This document shows, in pieces, positions 18,228-27,580 of a stretch of DNA of 64,000 nucleotides; position 1 is the stretch's first letter; every line of letters starts with the position of its first letter. Made by a program: the position numbers and the translations under genes. The DNA comes from Ignavibacteriales bacterium (GTDB lineage: Bacteria > Bacteroidota > Ignavibacteria > Ignavibacteriales > Ignavibacteriaceae), in the NCBI GenBank assembly GCA_016707115.1, contig JADJIH010000001.1, positions 751,102-815,101 on the forward strand, read 5' to 3'. The notes beneath the pieces are model-generated. The model was not told the origin of the DNA, made no database searches, and saw nothing but the letters and a program-made list of their open reading frames with translations.

Positions 18228-19442
18228 ATGAATTTCGCATTTTTTGTATCTAGAAGATATATCCTTTCCAATAAAGACTCAAGATTGCTGAATCTGATCT
18301 CAGTTATTAGCATTGTGGGAATTTCTCTTGGTGTCGCTACTTTAATTATAGCTTTAAGTGTTTTGAATGGATTTGAAAAAACATTAACACAAAAAATAAC
18401 GGATTTTGATTCACACATTAAAATTTTATCATATAAAGAATCTCTGCCCAAAGCTGATATATATATCGAAAAATTAAACATAAGGCTTAAGGATCAAATA
18501 GACTTTATTTCTCCTTCAGTTTCTAAGCTTGCTATAATTAGTACAAAGAATCGTAAAGAAGGAATAAATGTTAAAGGTATAATTGAAAGCAAAGAAATTG
18601 ATAAAATTAAATCCAATCTTGTTGAAGGTAAGTTAAATCTTGATAATGAAAACTCCATAGTTATTGGTAAAACTTTGGCGACAAAATTATTATTAAAAGT
18701 TGGCGATAAAGTAACACTCTTTGCCTTGAAGAATGATAAGATCCCTTCAATGAATGATTTACCGAACATACAAAACTTTTTTGTAGATGGAATATTTGAA
18801 AGCGGCATGGCCGAATATGATAATATGATTGGTTACACCGGATTAAAAGCTGCACAAAATCTATTTTCTATGCCCAATGAAATAAATGGAATTGACATTA
18901 AATTAAAATCAATTGATAAAATAGACAGCCTTGCCCAACTTGTTAGAAGAGAGTTAAGATATCCATATTACGCAAGAACAATTTTTGAAATACACAGAAA
19001 TATTTTTTCGTGGATTGAACTGCAGAAAAAACCAATACCTATTGTACTTGGTTTAATAATAATTGTTGCGGTATTTAATATCATAAGCGCACTACTAATG
19101 CTTGTGTTGGAAAAGACAAATTCCATAGGAATACTAAAATCATTAGGTGCAAAAGGAAGAGAGATTATAAAAATATTTGTTTATCAGGGAATATATTTAT
19201 CGTTCATTGGGATAGCTTCCGGTAATATTCTTGCGTGGCTGTTGATGTCTATCCAACTTAAGTTTGATATCATTAAAGTTCCCTCCAGTGTATATTTTGT
19301 TACAAGAGTACCAATTGAAATGAGTATGGATGTTTTCTTTTTAATATCAGCTGTTACTTTTGTTCTGTCTTTGCTGTCTGCAATAATTCCAAGTTATTTT
19401 GCTTCAAGGATCAATCCTGTTACAGCGCTGAGGTTTGATTAA
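18228..19442 (+). CDS. LolC/LolE-family lipoprotein-release ABC permease (FtsX-like), paralogue 1
   Basis: The likely start is MNFAFFVSRRYI (ATG at 18228). The block VISI.GI.LGVA.LI..LSV.NGF, a MacB-like periplasmic domain and a C-terminal FtsX 3-TM block are present. It ends ...NPV.ALR. Confidence 0.85.
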   Translation: MNFAFFVSRRYILSNKDSRLLNLISVISIVGISLGVATLIIALSVLNGFEKTLTQKITDFDSHIKILSYKESLPKADIYIEKLNIRLKDQIDFISPSVSKLAIISTKNRKEGINVKGIIESKEIDKIKSNLVEGKLNLDNENSIVIGKTLATKLLLKVGDKVTLFALKNDKIPSMNDLPNIQNFFVDGIFESGMAEYDNMIGYTGLKAAQNLFSMPNEINGIDIKLKSIDKIDSLAQLVRRELRYPYYARTIFEIHRNIFSWIELQKKPIPIVLGLIIIVAVFNIISALLMLVLEKTNSIGILKSLGAKGREIIKIFVYQGIYLSFIGIASGNILAWLLMSIQLKFDIIKVPSSVYFVTRVPIEMSMDVFFLISAVTFVLSLLSAIIPSYFASRINPVTALRFD

Positions 19443-20674
19443 TGAGTTACGAAAAGTTTATAGCCAAGCGATACCTCCTTTCGAAACATAAGATTAATTT
19501 TATTACAATTATTTCTTTTATTTCGATAACCGGAATTACTCTTGGGGTTGCGGCTCTTATCGTTGTGCTTTCCGTATTTAACGGGTTTGGAAGTTTGGTT
19601 ACATCTTTTCTTATGAACTTTGATCCTCATCTTAGAGTTGAATATAAAGTTGATAGTGCTGATGATGATTATAAAAAGGTTACATCTATCATTAAAGAAA
19701 CTCCCGACTTAAAATCATTTGCCCCATTTGTAAGCGGAAAAGTATTGGCATTCAGTTCCGGAATTACGCAGGTGATATCGCTTAAAGGAATTGATTTAAA
19801 GAATGCTGATGAACTTTATAATATTAAAGACAACGTTTTATTCGGCAGCAGTGAGTTGAGTGAAGAAAATGAAACGCCAGGAATATTAATCGGTTTGAGA
19901 TTAGCGGATCGGTTGCAGGTTCTTATTGATGACACAATTACAATAATCTCCCCTGCCGGAATTGAAAAAGTAATTGCACAGTTTGGTATGCCAAATACTC
20001 AGCAGTTTGTTGTGCGAGGAATTTTCAGTTCCAAGAATAATGAATATGATGAAGGTTTAGCTTTTACCAATCTTGGTGAAGCTCAATATCTTTTGGGGTA
20101 TAAAGAAAGTTACCAAGGTTATGAGATTAAGCTGAACAACTCTGATAATTCGTTTAGCGCTAAGGATTATCTGAGTGAAAGATTGGATAAAAATAGATTT
20201 GAGATTAATACCTGGTATGATTTTCACAAAGAACTTTACACGGTTATGCAGATTGAAAGATGGGTCGCGTACATTTTACTTTCACTAATTATCGCAGTTG
20301 CAACTTTCAATATTCTTGGTTCGCTTTCAATGTCGGTTATCGAAAAGAAGCGCGATATTGGAATTCTAAGATCTATGGGTGCAAAAGAAAATTCTATCTT
20401 AAAAATATTTATGTATGAAGGATTGATGATCGGATTGATAGGTACAGGTTTAGGAGTTTTACTCGGATACTTAATCTGTTTTCTTCAGATACAGTATAAC
20501 ATATATCCGCTTGATCCGACTCAATACAAAATAGATTCGCTTCCGTTAGAAATAAGATTGATGGATTTCTTTGTGATAGCAGGTGCATCTTTGTTTCTTT
20601 CTTTCATCGCATCGCTTATACCTGCAAAGCGGGCCGCCAAGGTTGATGCGTTACAAGCAATTAAATGGGAATAG
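19442..20674 (+). CDS. LolC/LolE-family lipoprotein-release ABC permease, paralogue 2
   Basis: The architecture matches the preceding gene (FIAKRYLLSKHK..., SVFNGF, FtsX C-domain). The start abuts the previous stop. Confidence 0.85.
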   Translation: MSYEKFIAKRYLLSKHKINFITIISFISITGITLGVAALIVVLSVFNGFGSLVTSFLMNFDPHLRVEYKVDSADDDYKKVTSIIKETPDLKSFAPFVSGKVLAFSSGITQVISLKGIDLKNADELYNIKDNVLFGSSELSEENETPGILIGLRLADRLQVLIDDTITIISPAGIEKVIAQFGMPNTQQFVVRGIFSSKNNEYDEGLAFTNLGEAQYLLGYKESYQGYEIKLNNSDNSFSAKDYLSERLDKNRFEINTWYDFHKELYTVMQIERWVAYILLSLIIAVATFNILGSLSMSVIEKKRDIGILRSMGAKENSILKIFMYEGLMIGLIGTGLGVLLGYLICFLQIQYNIYPLDPTQYKIDSLPLEIRLMDFFVIAGASLFLSFIASLIPAKRAAKVDALQAIKWE

Positions 20675-20679
20675 TAAAT

Positions 20680-21366
20680 ATGAGTATCATTTTATCATCA
20701 GAAAATATTACAAAGTCTTATCAATCAACTAAAAAGGTTAAGCTTGAAGTTCTTAAATCTATTTCGGTTGAGATTGAAGCGAATAAAATTTCTGTTATTG
20801 TTGGTGCTTCTGGTGCAGGTAAATCTACTTTGCTGCATTTGCTTGGCGGATTAGACAGACCGGACAGCGGTAGTGTTTTTTATGAGCAGAAAAATATTTT
20901 TGATTTTAATAATGATAAGCTTGCCAAGTTCAGAAATGAAAATATGGGATTTGTTTTTCAGTTCCATCATTTGCTGCCTGAGTTTACAGCCGTTGAAAAT
21001 GTATCTATTCCACAGATGATAAAAGGTGTTAGCTTAAAATCTGCTTCTGAAAATTCATTAAGACTGTTAGAAATTGTTGGATTGAAGGACCGTGCGGAAC
21101 ATAAACCTGCTGAACTTTCCGGCGGTGAACAGCAAAGAGTTGCGGTTGCACGTGCACTTGCAAATGATCCCAAAATAATTTTTGCAGATGAGCCTACCGG
21201 TAATCTTGATTCTGCAAATAGTGATGCAATCCATAAACTGCTTTTTGATCTGCGCGATAACTTTAAGAAAACATTTGTTATTGTAACCCACAATCCCGAA
21301 CTGATGAAACTTGCTGATATTATTCTAGAAATTAAAGATGGTGTTATAAAACAGAAGTTATTTTAG
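20680..21366 (+). CDS. lolD: LolD-like ABC transporter ATP-binding protein
   Basis: Walker A GASGAGKST, signature LSGGEQQRV, Walker B IIFADEPTGNLD. The ATG at 20680 is preferred over the overlapping 20665. Confidence 0.85.
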   Translation: MSIILSSENITKSYQSTKKVKLEVLKSISVEIEANKISVIVGASGAGKSTLLHLLGGLDRPDSGSVFYEQKNIFDFNNDKLAKFRNENMGFVFQFHHLLPEFTAVENVSIPQMIKGVSLKSASENSLRLLEIVGLKDRAEHKPAELSGGEQQRVAVARALANDPKIIFADEPTGNLDSANSDAIHKLLFDLRDNFKKTFVIVTHNPELMKLADIILEIKDGVIKQKLF

Positions 21367-21385
21367 TCAATTGGTAAATGGGAAT

Positions 21386-21748
21386 TTATACTCTGCTTTT
21401 TAGAAAAACGTTTTTAATCATCAGATCAATAGATAAAGCAACTAGAATTCCTAAAAGATTTGCGAGCAAATCCAAATTATCATATACATTAGTCATAACA
21501 CCAAAACCATTTAATACTTCGAATAACTGTACTATCAATAACGCTATCAATGCGGTAATCAGTTTATTCATTTTCCAATGTCTGGAATAAAAGCTGATAA
21601 TAAAGTAAACCGAAAATGAAATAGAAATATTGCCAAGATAGCTTTTTATAATATCGAGGAATGGACCATTATAATGAGGTTTTATTAAAAGCAGTAGAAC
21701 ACCAAGAAGTATAAATATTACATTACGGATTTTTTCGTTTTTAAGCAT
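21386..21748 (-). CDS. small integral membrane protein (VanZ/DUF2809-like?)
   Basis: It is 120 aa with about 4 hydrophobic segments. There is no catalytic motif. Confidence 0.4.
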   Translation of the reverse strand: MLKNEKIRNVIFILLGVLLLLIKPHYNGPFLDIIKSYLGNISISFSVYFIISFYSRHWKMNKLITALIALLIVQLFEVLNGFGVMTNVYDNLDLLANLLGILVALSIDLMIKNVFLKSRV

Positions 21749-21883
21749 AACATTTATATGGAAGGAATACTTTAAATAAGGTAACGCTATAAACTTAGTT
21801 TAAAGAAATGTTTTAGTCAAATTGTTAGATGGTAAAAAACTCTTCTTCTTTCCCTGCTTAGAAGGAGGGAGGTGAGGTAAACA

Positions 21884-23404
21884 TTAAACCCTGTGTGAGA
21901 GATAATCAAACAAAAGTCTTACACCAAATCCTGTCATATATTTTTTTGTATAACTTCTTGAAGGATTATTCATTGCAGGACCAGCAATGTCTAAATGTGT
22001 CCACGGAATATTTTTATCTACAAAATGTTCTAAGAATTTTGCTGCAGTAATTGCACCAGCCCAGCGTGTACTTCCAAGATTTGCAACATCGGCGACATCG
22101 CTTGTGATTAATTCATTAAAATCATCCCACATCGGTAAGCGCCAAACGCGATCATAAGTTGTTATACCGCTTTTATACAGTCCTCCAGCCATTGCATCAT
22201 TCTTCGTAAACATACCAGCAACAAACTCACCAAGAGCAACAACGCAGGCTCCGGTTAACGTAGCAAGATCAATCATCTGATCAGGTTTTAATTGCGAGGC
22301 ATAATGCAGTGCATCAGCTAAAACAACTCTGCCTTCAGCATCAGTATCTTCAATCTCTACAGTTTTGCCGTTTGATATTTTAACAACATCACCGGGCCGA
22401 ATTGATTCTCCTGATACCATATTTTCTGCGGAAGGAATTATTCCAAACAAATGAACAGGTAAATTATTTTTTGCCGCTGCAATTAAAGTTCCAACAACAA
22501 CAGCTGCACCGGACATATCGGCTTTCATTTCGCCCATATTTTTAGATGGTTTAAGTGAGATGCCGCCTGTATCGAATGTGATACCTTTTCCAACAAGAGC
22601 AATGGTTTTGGTTTTACCTTTTTTGTTCTTCTTTGATTTTATTGTTGGCTTGTATTCTAAAATTATAAATCTTGGTTTGTTAATACTTCCCTGCCCGATT
22701 GCAATTAAACCGCCCATTTTTCTTTTCTGGATTTCCCGATCACCAAATATTGTAGCTTTAATTCCAAAAGGTTTTACTTCGGCTGAAACGCGTTTTGCTA
22801 AAATTTCCGGAGTTAGATTGTTAGCGGGTTCGTTCTGTAAATCTCTTGTTATGTTAACTGAAGTAATTAATTTTTCTGCTGTTGTGATCGCACTTTTTAA
22901 TTTCTTTTCATTCTCGGCATAAAAGTGAACATCAAGTACTTTGTGTTTAACTTTTTTAGATTTGTATTTATCGAATGAGTAATTGCCAAACAAAACGCCT
23001 TCCACAAAGGTCTGATAATAATATTCCTCAGAATCAAAATGTTTTTTTACTGCTGAATACGCAGGAATAAAAATGTGAAGATTTTTTGTTACTTCTGTTT
23101 TAAGATTAGAAATAAACTCTGCTAAATGATTTCTAAAATAATCGGCATCAAACTTTTCATCTAGTTTAACTTTCCATAAAATCAAAGCATCTGGTTTTCC
23201 TGAAGGTTTAGTAACGCGAATTTTTCCGCCCTCGCTGGAAAGAAAGTTTTGTCTCTGCAGTTCTGAAAATTTAATGTTAAAAATCTTTTCAAGGTTCGGT
23301 AAACTTTTTTCAAGTTTATTATCATCAATTAAATATTTTAGGCTTATTGATAAAGGCTGATATGAAATTTTAGTTCCGCCCGAAATAAGATTTAGTCTAT
23401 ACAT
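21884..23404 (-). CDS. pepA: leucyl aminopeptidase (M17)
   Basis: The blocks VGKGITFDTGGISLKP and EDTDAEGRVVLADAL correspond to the NTDAEGRL signature region. Confidence 0.9.
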   Translation of the reverse strand: MYRLNLISGGTKISYQPLSISLKYLIDDNKLEKSLPNLEKIFNIKFSELQRQNFLSSEGGKIRVTKPSGKPDALILWKVKLDEKFDADYFRNHLAEFISNLKTEVTKNLHIFIPAYSAVKKHFDSEEYYYQTFVEGVLFGNYSFDKYKSKKVKHKVLDVHFYAENEKKLKSAITTAEKLITSVNITRDLQNEPANNLTPEILAKRVSAEVKPFGIKATIFGDREIQKRKMGGLIAIGQGSINKPRFIILEYKPTIKSKKNKKGKTKTIALVGKGITFDTGGISLKPSKNMGEMKADMSGAAVVVGTLIAAAKNNLPVHLFGIIPSAENMVSGESIRPGDVVKISNGKTVEIEDTDAEGRVVLADALHYASQLKPDQMIDLATLTGACVVALGEFVAGMFTKNDAMAGGLYKSGITTYDRVWRLPMWDDFNELITSDVADVANLGSTRWAGAITAAKFLEHFVDKNIPWTHLDIAGPAMNNPSRSYTKKYMTGFGVRLLFDYLSHRV

Positions 23405-23415
23405 AAATATTACCT

Positions 23416-24402
23416 TCAGTTTTTTAGATAAAGTTCTGCTTTTGAAAGGATTACAGGAATCATTTCCTGCATATTGTTAGTAAAGAATCTAGCACCGGCA
23501 GCATTTGTATGTCCACCTCCGCCAAATTCATTTGCGAGTTGGTTAACAGGAATACTTCCCTTTGAACGGAAACTAACTTTGAAGCCATTTTTCAGTTCGA
23601 TGAAAAGAATTCCTACTACTACATTTTCAATTGAGAGATTATAATTAACAAAGTTTTCGGTATCGCTTTCTATCGCACCGAGTTCTTCAAAATCCTTTTG
23701 TGTAATAATCATATAACCAATTTTATTATCTGCTAAAAGACTGATTGAATTTAGCGCACGGCCAAGAAGCTTAACTTTGCTAAACTTACTTTGATCATAA
23801 AGTTTATCGTAAACCTGTTCCGGATTTACACCATGCTTTAACAGTTCAGCAATTGTATTGTGAACTTCCGCTGTTGTTCTATCAAATCTGAATGAACCTG
23901 TGTCAGTCATTATTGCAGCATAAAGCGGTTCTGCAATTTCAAAATCTAGTTCAACAATTTTAGTTTGCTTGATGAAATCATATATGATTTGTCCCGTTGC
24001 ACAATAATCCGTATCAATAAACTGATGATCGACAAATTCTTCTGGATCCTGATGATGATCGATACAAATTTTTAGTTTTGTGGATTTACGAAATGCCTTT
24101 TCCATGCTAACTGTTCTATCAGCTCGATTAAAATCCAGAGCTACGAGTATATCAACTTCATTAAAAACATTTTTGTGAAGTTCTTCATCATATCTTTGTA
24201 TGATGTTATCCTTGTTGAAGAACTCCATATTATATGGTAAGGCACTGTGATTGATTATGAATGCTTTCTTACCAAGTTTTTTTAGTAGAAAGTAGAATGC
24301 TATTTCAGAACCAATTGCATCAGCATCCGGATTAACGTGTGTAGTTAACAGAAACGATGAATTGCTTAAAATGATATTTTTTAGTTTTTCAAAATCAATC
24401 AT
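23416..24402 (-). CDS. nrnA: DHH/DHHA1 phosphoesterase, NrnA-like oligoribonuclease/pAp phosphatase
   Basis: Motifs HVNPDADAIGS, IDHHQ, and in DHHA1 GGGHTNAAG. Confidence 0.85.
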   Translation of the reverse strand: MIDFEKLKNIILSNSSFLLTTHVNPDADAIGSEIAFYFLLKKLGKKAFIINHSALPYNMEFFNKDNIIQRYDEELHKNVFNEVDILVALDFNRADRTVSMEKAFRKSTKLKICIDHHQDPEEFVDHQFIDTDYCATGQIIYDFIKQTKIVELDFEIAEPLYAAIMTDTGSFRFDRTTAEVHNTIAELLKHGVNPEQVYDKLYDQSKFSKVKLLGRALNSISLLADNKIGYMIITQKDFEELGAIESDTENFVNYNLSIENVVVGILFIELKNGFKVSFRSKGSIPVNQLANEFGGGGHTNAAGARFFTNNMQEMIPVILSKAELYLKN

Positions 24403-24425
24403 AAATTCCGGATATTTATTTTCTT

Positions 24426-24500
24426 GTCATTTCGACCAAAGGGAGAAATCTGAATATAATATTAATTAGATTTCTCAGTCGAGGACTCCTTCGAAATGAC
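24426..24500. repeat. nested-palindrome intergenic repeat (GTCATTTCGA...TCGAAATGAC), copy B
   Basis: 10-nt perfect terminal inverted arms. An inner hairpin GAGAAATCT/AGATTTCTC surrounds the same TTAATTAG core as copy A. Confidence 0.65.
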
Positions 24501-24529
24501 ATTCAAATTTTCTTATATAAAATAGAAAT

Positions 24530-24552
24530 GGGCTTGAAACTGTTTCAAGCCC
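24530..24552 (-). terminator. probable terminator after korB
   Basis: GGGCTTGAAAC-ag-TTTCAAGCCC hairpin 40 nt downstream of the korB stop. The T-tract is only moderate (ATTTCTATTTT). Confidence 0.5.
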
Positions 24553-24594
24553 ACCAGAACATAAAAAAACAATTTTAAGTTAAATTACTTTTAA

Positions 24595-25632
24595 TCAATT
24601 AACTTCCCAGGTATTTCCACCAAAAAGAACTTTAGCTAATTCGCCCTGGCCTTTTTTCTTTTTAACTGCTTCTATCTGCTCTTCTAATCCTTGATCATAA
24701 GTTGGTTTTAATACTTGTCTGAAAACACCAACCGGAGTTGGCATCCCCGGAGTTTCTGTAAATGTAGAGAGTATTGCTGCACGAACAGGACTTTCTTCAA
24801 ATTCATCGTGCACCCACAAATCATTAACTGAATATTGTCCGCTGGTTAAATCAACCACTCTAGGTGTAAAGCCATCAAGCTTAATACCTTTATTACCATC
24901 TTTACCAAATACCATTGGCTTGCCTTGTTCAAGAACTAAAACATTATCGTCTTTAGTTTCTTTTTCAGTCAGTACAGAAAACGCTCCATCATTAAAGATA
25001 TTACAGTTCTGGTAGATTTCTAAGAAAGCTGTACCCTTATGTGCACCAACTCGCTTAATCATTTCCTGCAAATGCTTTGTATGTCTATCGATTGATCGTG
25101 CAACAAATGTAGCTTCAGAACCAGTTGCAAGCATAGTTGGATTAAATGGATAATCAACACTTCCATAAGGAGTTGTTTTTGTAACTTTTCCTTTTTCTGA
25201 TGTTGGTGAGTACTGTCCTTTTGTTAATCCGTAAATACGATTGTTGAACAACAGAATTTTTATATCGATATTTTTTCTGCAAGCATGTATGAAATGATTT
25301 CCACCGATACTTAAAAGATCACCATCACCGGTTGCAACCCAAACAGAAAGTTTTGGATTTGCAAGTTTTACTCCGGTTGCTAAAATTGGTGCTCTTCCGT
25401 GAATACCATGAAAACCATAAGTATCCATGTAGTATGGAAAACGGCTTGAACATCCGATACCGGAAATCCAAACAACATCTTCTTTAGGCACATTAATGAT
25501 TTCAGGAAAAGTTCTTTGTACCTGTGCAAGGATTGAATAATCACCACAACCCGGACACCATCTAACTTCCTGATCAGATGAAAAATCTTTAGCAGTTAAT
25601 TTAGCCGTCTTTACTTCAACTTTATTTTCCAT
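24595..25632 (-). CDS. korB: 2-oxoglutarate/2-oxoacid:ferredoxin oxidoreductase beta subunit
   Basis: WCPGCGDYSIL and a TPP-binding GDGD...GGNH block. It overlaps the korA stop by 11 nt. Confidence 0.9.
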   Translation of the reverse strand: MENKVEVKTAKLTAKDFSSDQEVRWCPGCGDYSILAQVQRTFPEIINVPKEDVVWISGIGCSSRFPYYMDTYGFHGIHGRAPILATGVKLANPKLSVWVATGDGDLLSIGGNHFIHACRKNIDIKILLFNNRIYGLTKGQYSPTSEKGKVTKTTPYGSVDYPFNPTMLATGSEATFVARSIDRHTKHLQEMIKRVGAHKGTAFLEIYQNCNIFNDGAFSVLTEKETKDDNVLVLEQGKPMVFGKDGNKGIKLDGFTPRVVDLTSGQYSVNDLWVHDEFEESPVRAAILSTFTETPGMPTPVGVFRQVLKPTYDQGLEEQIEAVKKKKGQGELAKVLFGGNTWEVN

Positions 25633-27469
25633 TTTTTCCTCCGAGTGTTTCCTTAATCGTTTCTAAAATATCTGATACTCTGAATGGTAATCCTCTTACA
25701 ACATTAAACTGAATTGCATCAACCAAATACTCACTTCTAATAAGCTTTGCTAGTTGTCCAAGATTTATTTCTGGAATAAGGACTTTATTAAATCTCTTAA
25801 GAACTTCGCCAGTATTTTTTGGAAAAGGATTAACGTATTGTAAATGAGCTTGTGAAACTTTCATTCCTTGTGCTCTTGATTTAATTACAGCTTCTTTAAT
25901 TGCGCCATAAGTTCCGCCCCAACCTAAAACCAAAAGTTCACCTTGCTGTTCGCCATCTACTTCAAGATCAGGAATATCGTTTTCAATATTCTTAATCTTT
26001 TGTGCACGAAGTTTAATCATTTTGTGATGATTATCCGGATCATAATTTACTGTTCCGTAAATATCTGCTTTTTCTAGTCCACCAATTCTATGTTCTAAAT
26101 CAGGTGTTCCTGGAACAGCCCAAGGCCTTGCAAGATTTTCATCTCTTAGGTATGGATAAAATCCTTCTTTTTCAGTTCTGAATTTAACATCGATTTTTGG
26201 CAATGATTCTACTTTTGGAATTCTCCAAGGTTCAGTTCCATTAGCTATATAACCATCTGTAAGAAGAATAACAGGTGTCATATATTTTAATGCTATTCTT
26301 GATGCTTCAATAGCCATATAAAAACAATCACGTGGTGTTTTTGCTGCAAGTACTGCTACCGGTGATTCACCATTTCTACCAACAACTGCTTGTAGTAAAT
26401 CAGCCTGCTCTGTCTTTGTTGGTAATCCTGTACTTGGTCCGCCGCGTTGAACGTTAATTATAACTAACGGTAGTTCAGTCATAACCGCTAAACCGATTGC
26501 TTCGGTTTTTAATGCTAAACCCGGGCCGCTTGTAGTTGTTATTGCAAGACTACCAGCAAATGCTGCACCTATTGCAGAAACGATTCCAGCAATTTCATCT
26601 TCAGCTTGAAATGTTTTTGCTCCAAAATTTTTAAAGTTACTGATGTACTGAAGAATTTCTGTAGCAGGTGTTATTGGATATGATCCAAGATATAATGGCA
26701 ATCCGCTTTGAACAGAAGCTGCAAGAAATCCAAAAGCTGTTGCTTCGTTACCAGAAATATTTCTATACGTTCCCTTTGGCAGTCTGGCTGATTCTACATC
26801 ATATCTTGTAGTAAAAGCTTCAGTCATCTCACCAAAATTAAATCCTGCATGTAAAGCTTTTGTATTTGCATCAACAAACTGCGGACTCTTTTTAAATTTA
26901 TCCTGAATCCAATCTATTGTATTCTGAATAGGCCTATTGTAAAGCCAGTACATCAAACCAAGTGCAAAAAAGTTTTTACATCTTGCAACTTCTTTAGGTG
27001 AAAGCGGTGTTCCTTCAAGTGCATTTTCTGTAAGTGTACTTATAGGCACATTAAATACAGTATAACCTTCCAAGGTTCCATCTTCCAAAGGATTTGCCGG
27101 ATAGTTAGCAAGCTTAAGATTTTTTAAATCGAAGGCATCACTGTTAACAATTAAAATTCCGTTCTTTTTTAGTTCAGAAAGATTTTTCTTTAAAGCAGCC
27201 GGATTCATCGCAACCAATACATCGGGCTGATCACCCGGTGTGTGAATATCTATACTGCTAAAATGTAATTGAAATCCGCTAACGCCGTATATGGTACCGG
27301 CTGGTGCGCGAATTTCTGCGGGATAATCTGGAAGGGTATTTAAATCGTTACCAACAAAAGCAGTTGTATCACTAAACTGCGAACCGGTCAACTGCATTCC
27401 ATCACCGGAATCGCCAGCAAAACGAACAGTAACTTCGCTTAGCTGTTGTAGTTCTTTTTCTTTAGCCAT
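25622..27469 (-). CDS. korA: 2-oxoglutarate/2-oxoacid:ferredoxin oxidoreductase alpha subunit (gamma-like domain fused at N-terminus)
   Basis: It is 615 aa. N-terminal block RFAGDSGDGMQLTG and a pyrimidine-binding domain block GSYPITPA... Confidence 0.9.
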   Translation of the reverse strand: MAKEKELQQLSEVTVRFAGDSGDGMQLTGSQFSDTTAFVGNDLNTLPDYPAEIRAPAGTIYGVSGFQLHFSSIDIHTPGDQPDVLVAMNPAALKKNLSELKKNGILIVNSDAFDLKNLKLANYPANPLEDGTLEGYTVFNVPISTLTENALEGTPLSPKEVARCKNFFALGLMYWLYNRPIQNTIDWIQDKFKKSPQFVDANTKALHAGFNFGEMTEAFTTRYDVESARLPKGTYRNISGNEATAFGFLAASVQSGLPLYLGSYPITPATEILQYISNFKNFGAKTFQAEDEIAGIVSAIGAAFAGSLAITTTSGPGLALKTEAIGLAVMTELPLVIINVQRGGPSTGLPTKTEQADLLQAVVGRNGESPVAVLAAKTPRDCFYMAIEASRIALKYMTPVILLTDGYIANGTEPWRIPKVESLPKIDVKFRTEKEGFYPYLRDENLARPWAVPGTPDLEHRIGGLEKADIYGTVNYDPDNHHKMIKLRAQKIKNIENDIPDLEVDGEQQGELLVLGWGGTYGAIKEAVIKSRAQGMKVSQAHLQYVNPFPKNTGEVLKRFNKVLIPEINLGQLAKLIRSEYLVDAIQFNVVRGLPFRVSDILETIKETLGGKNGK

Positions 27470-27580
27470 TATTCTCTCTTTAAATTAAAATATTTGCTAT
27501 TTCAAAACTAATAAGACTGTTATGAATTTACAATCGATTTTTCCATCACTTTGGTAGATAAAAGTCAAAAATCCTTTGAA

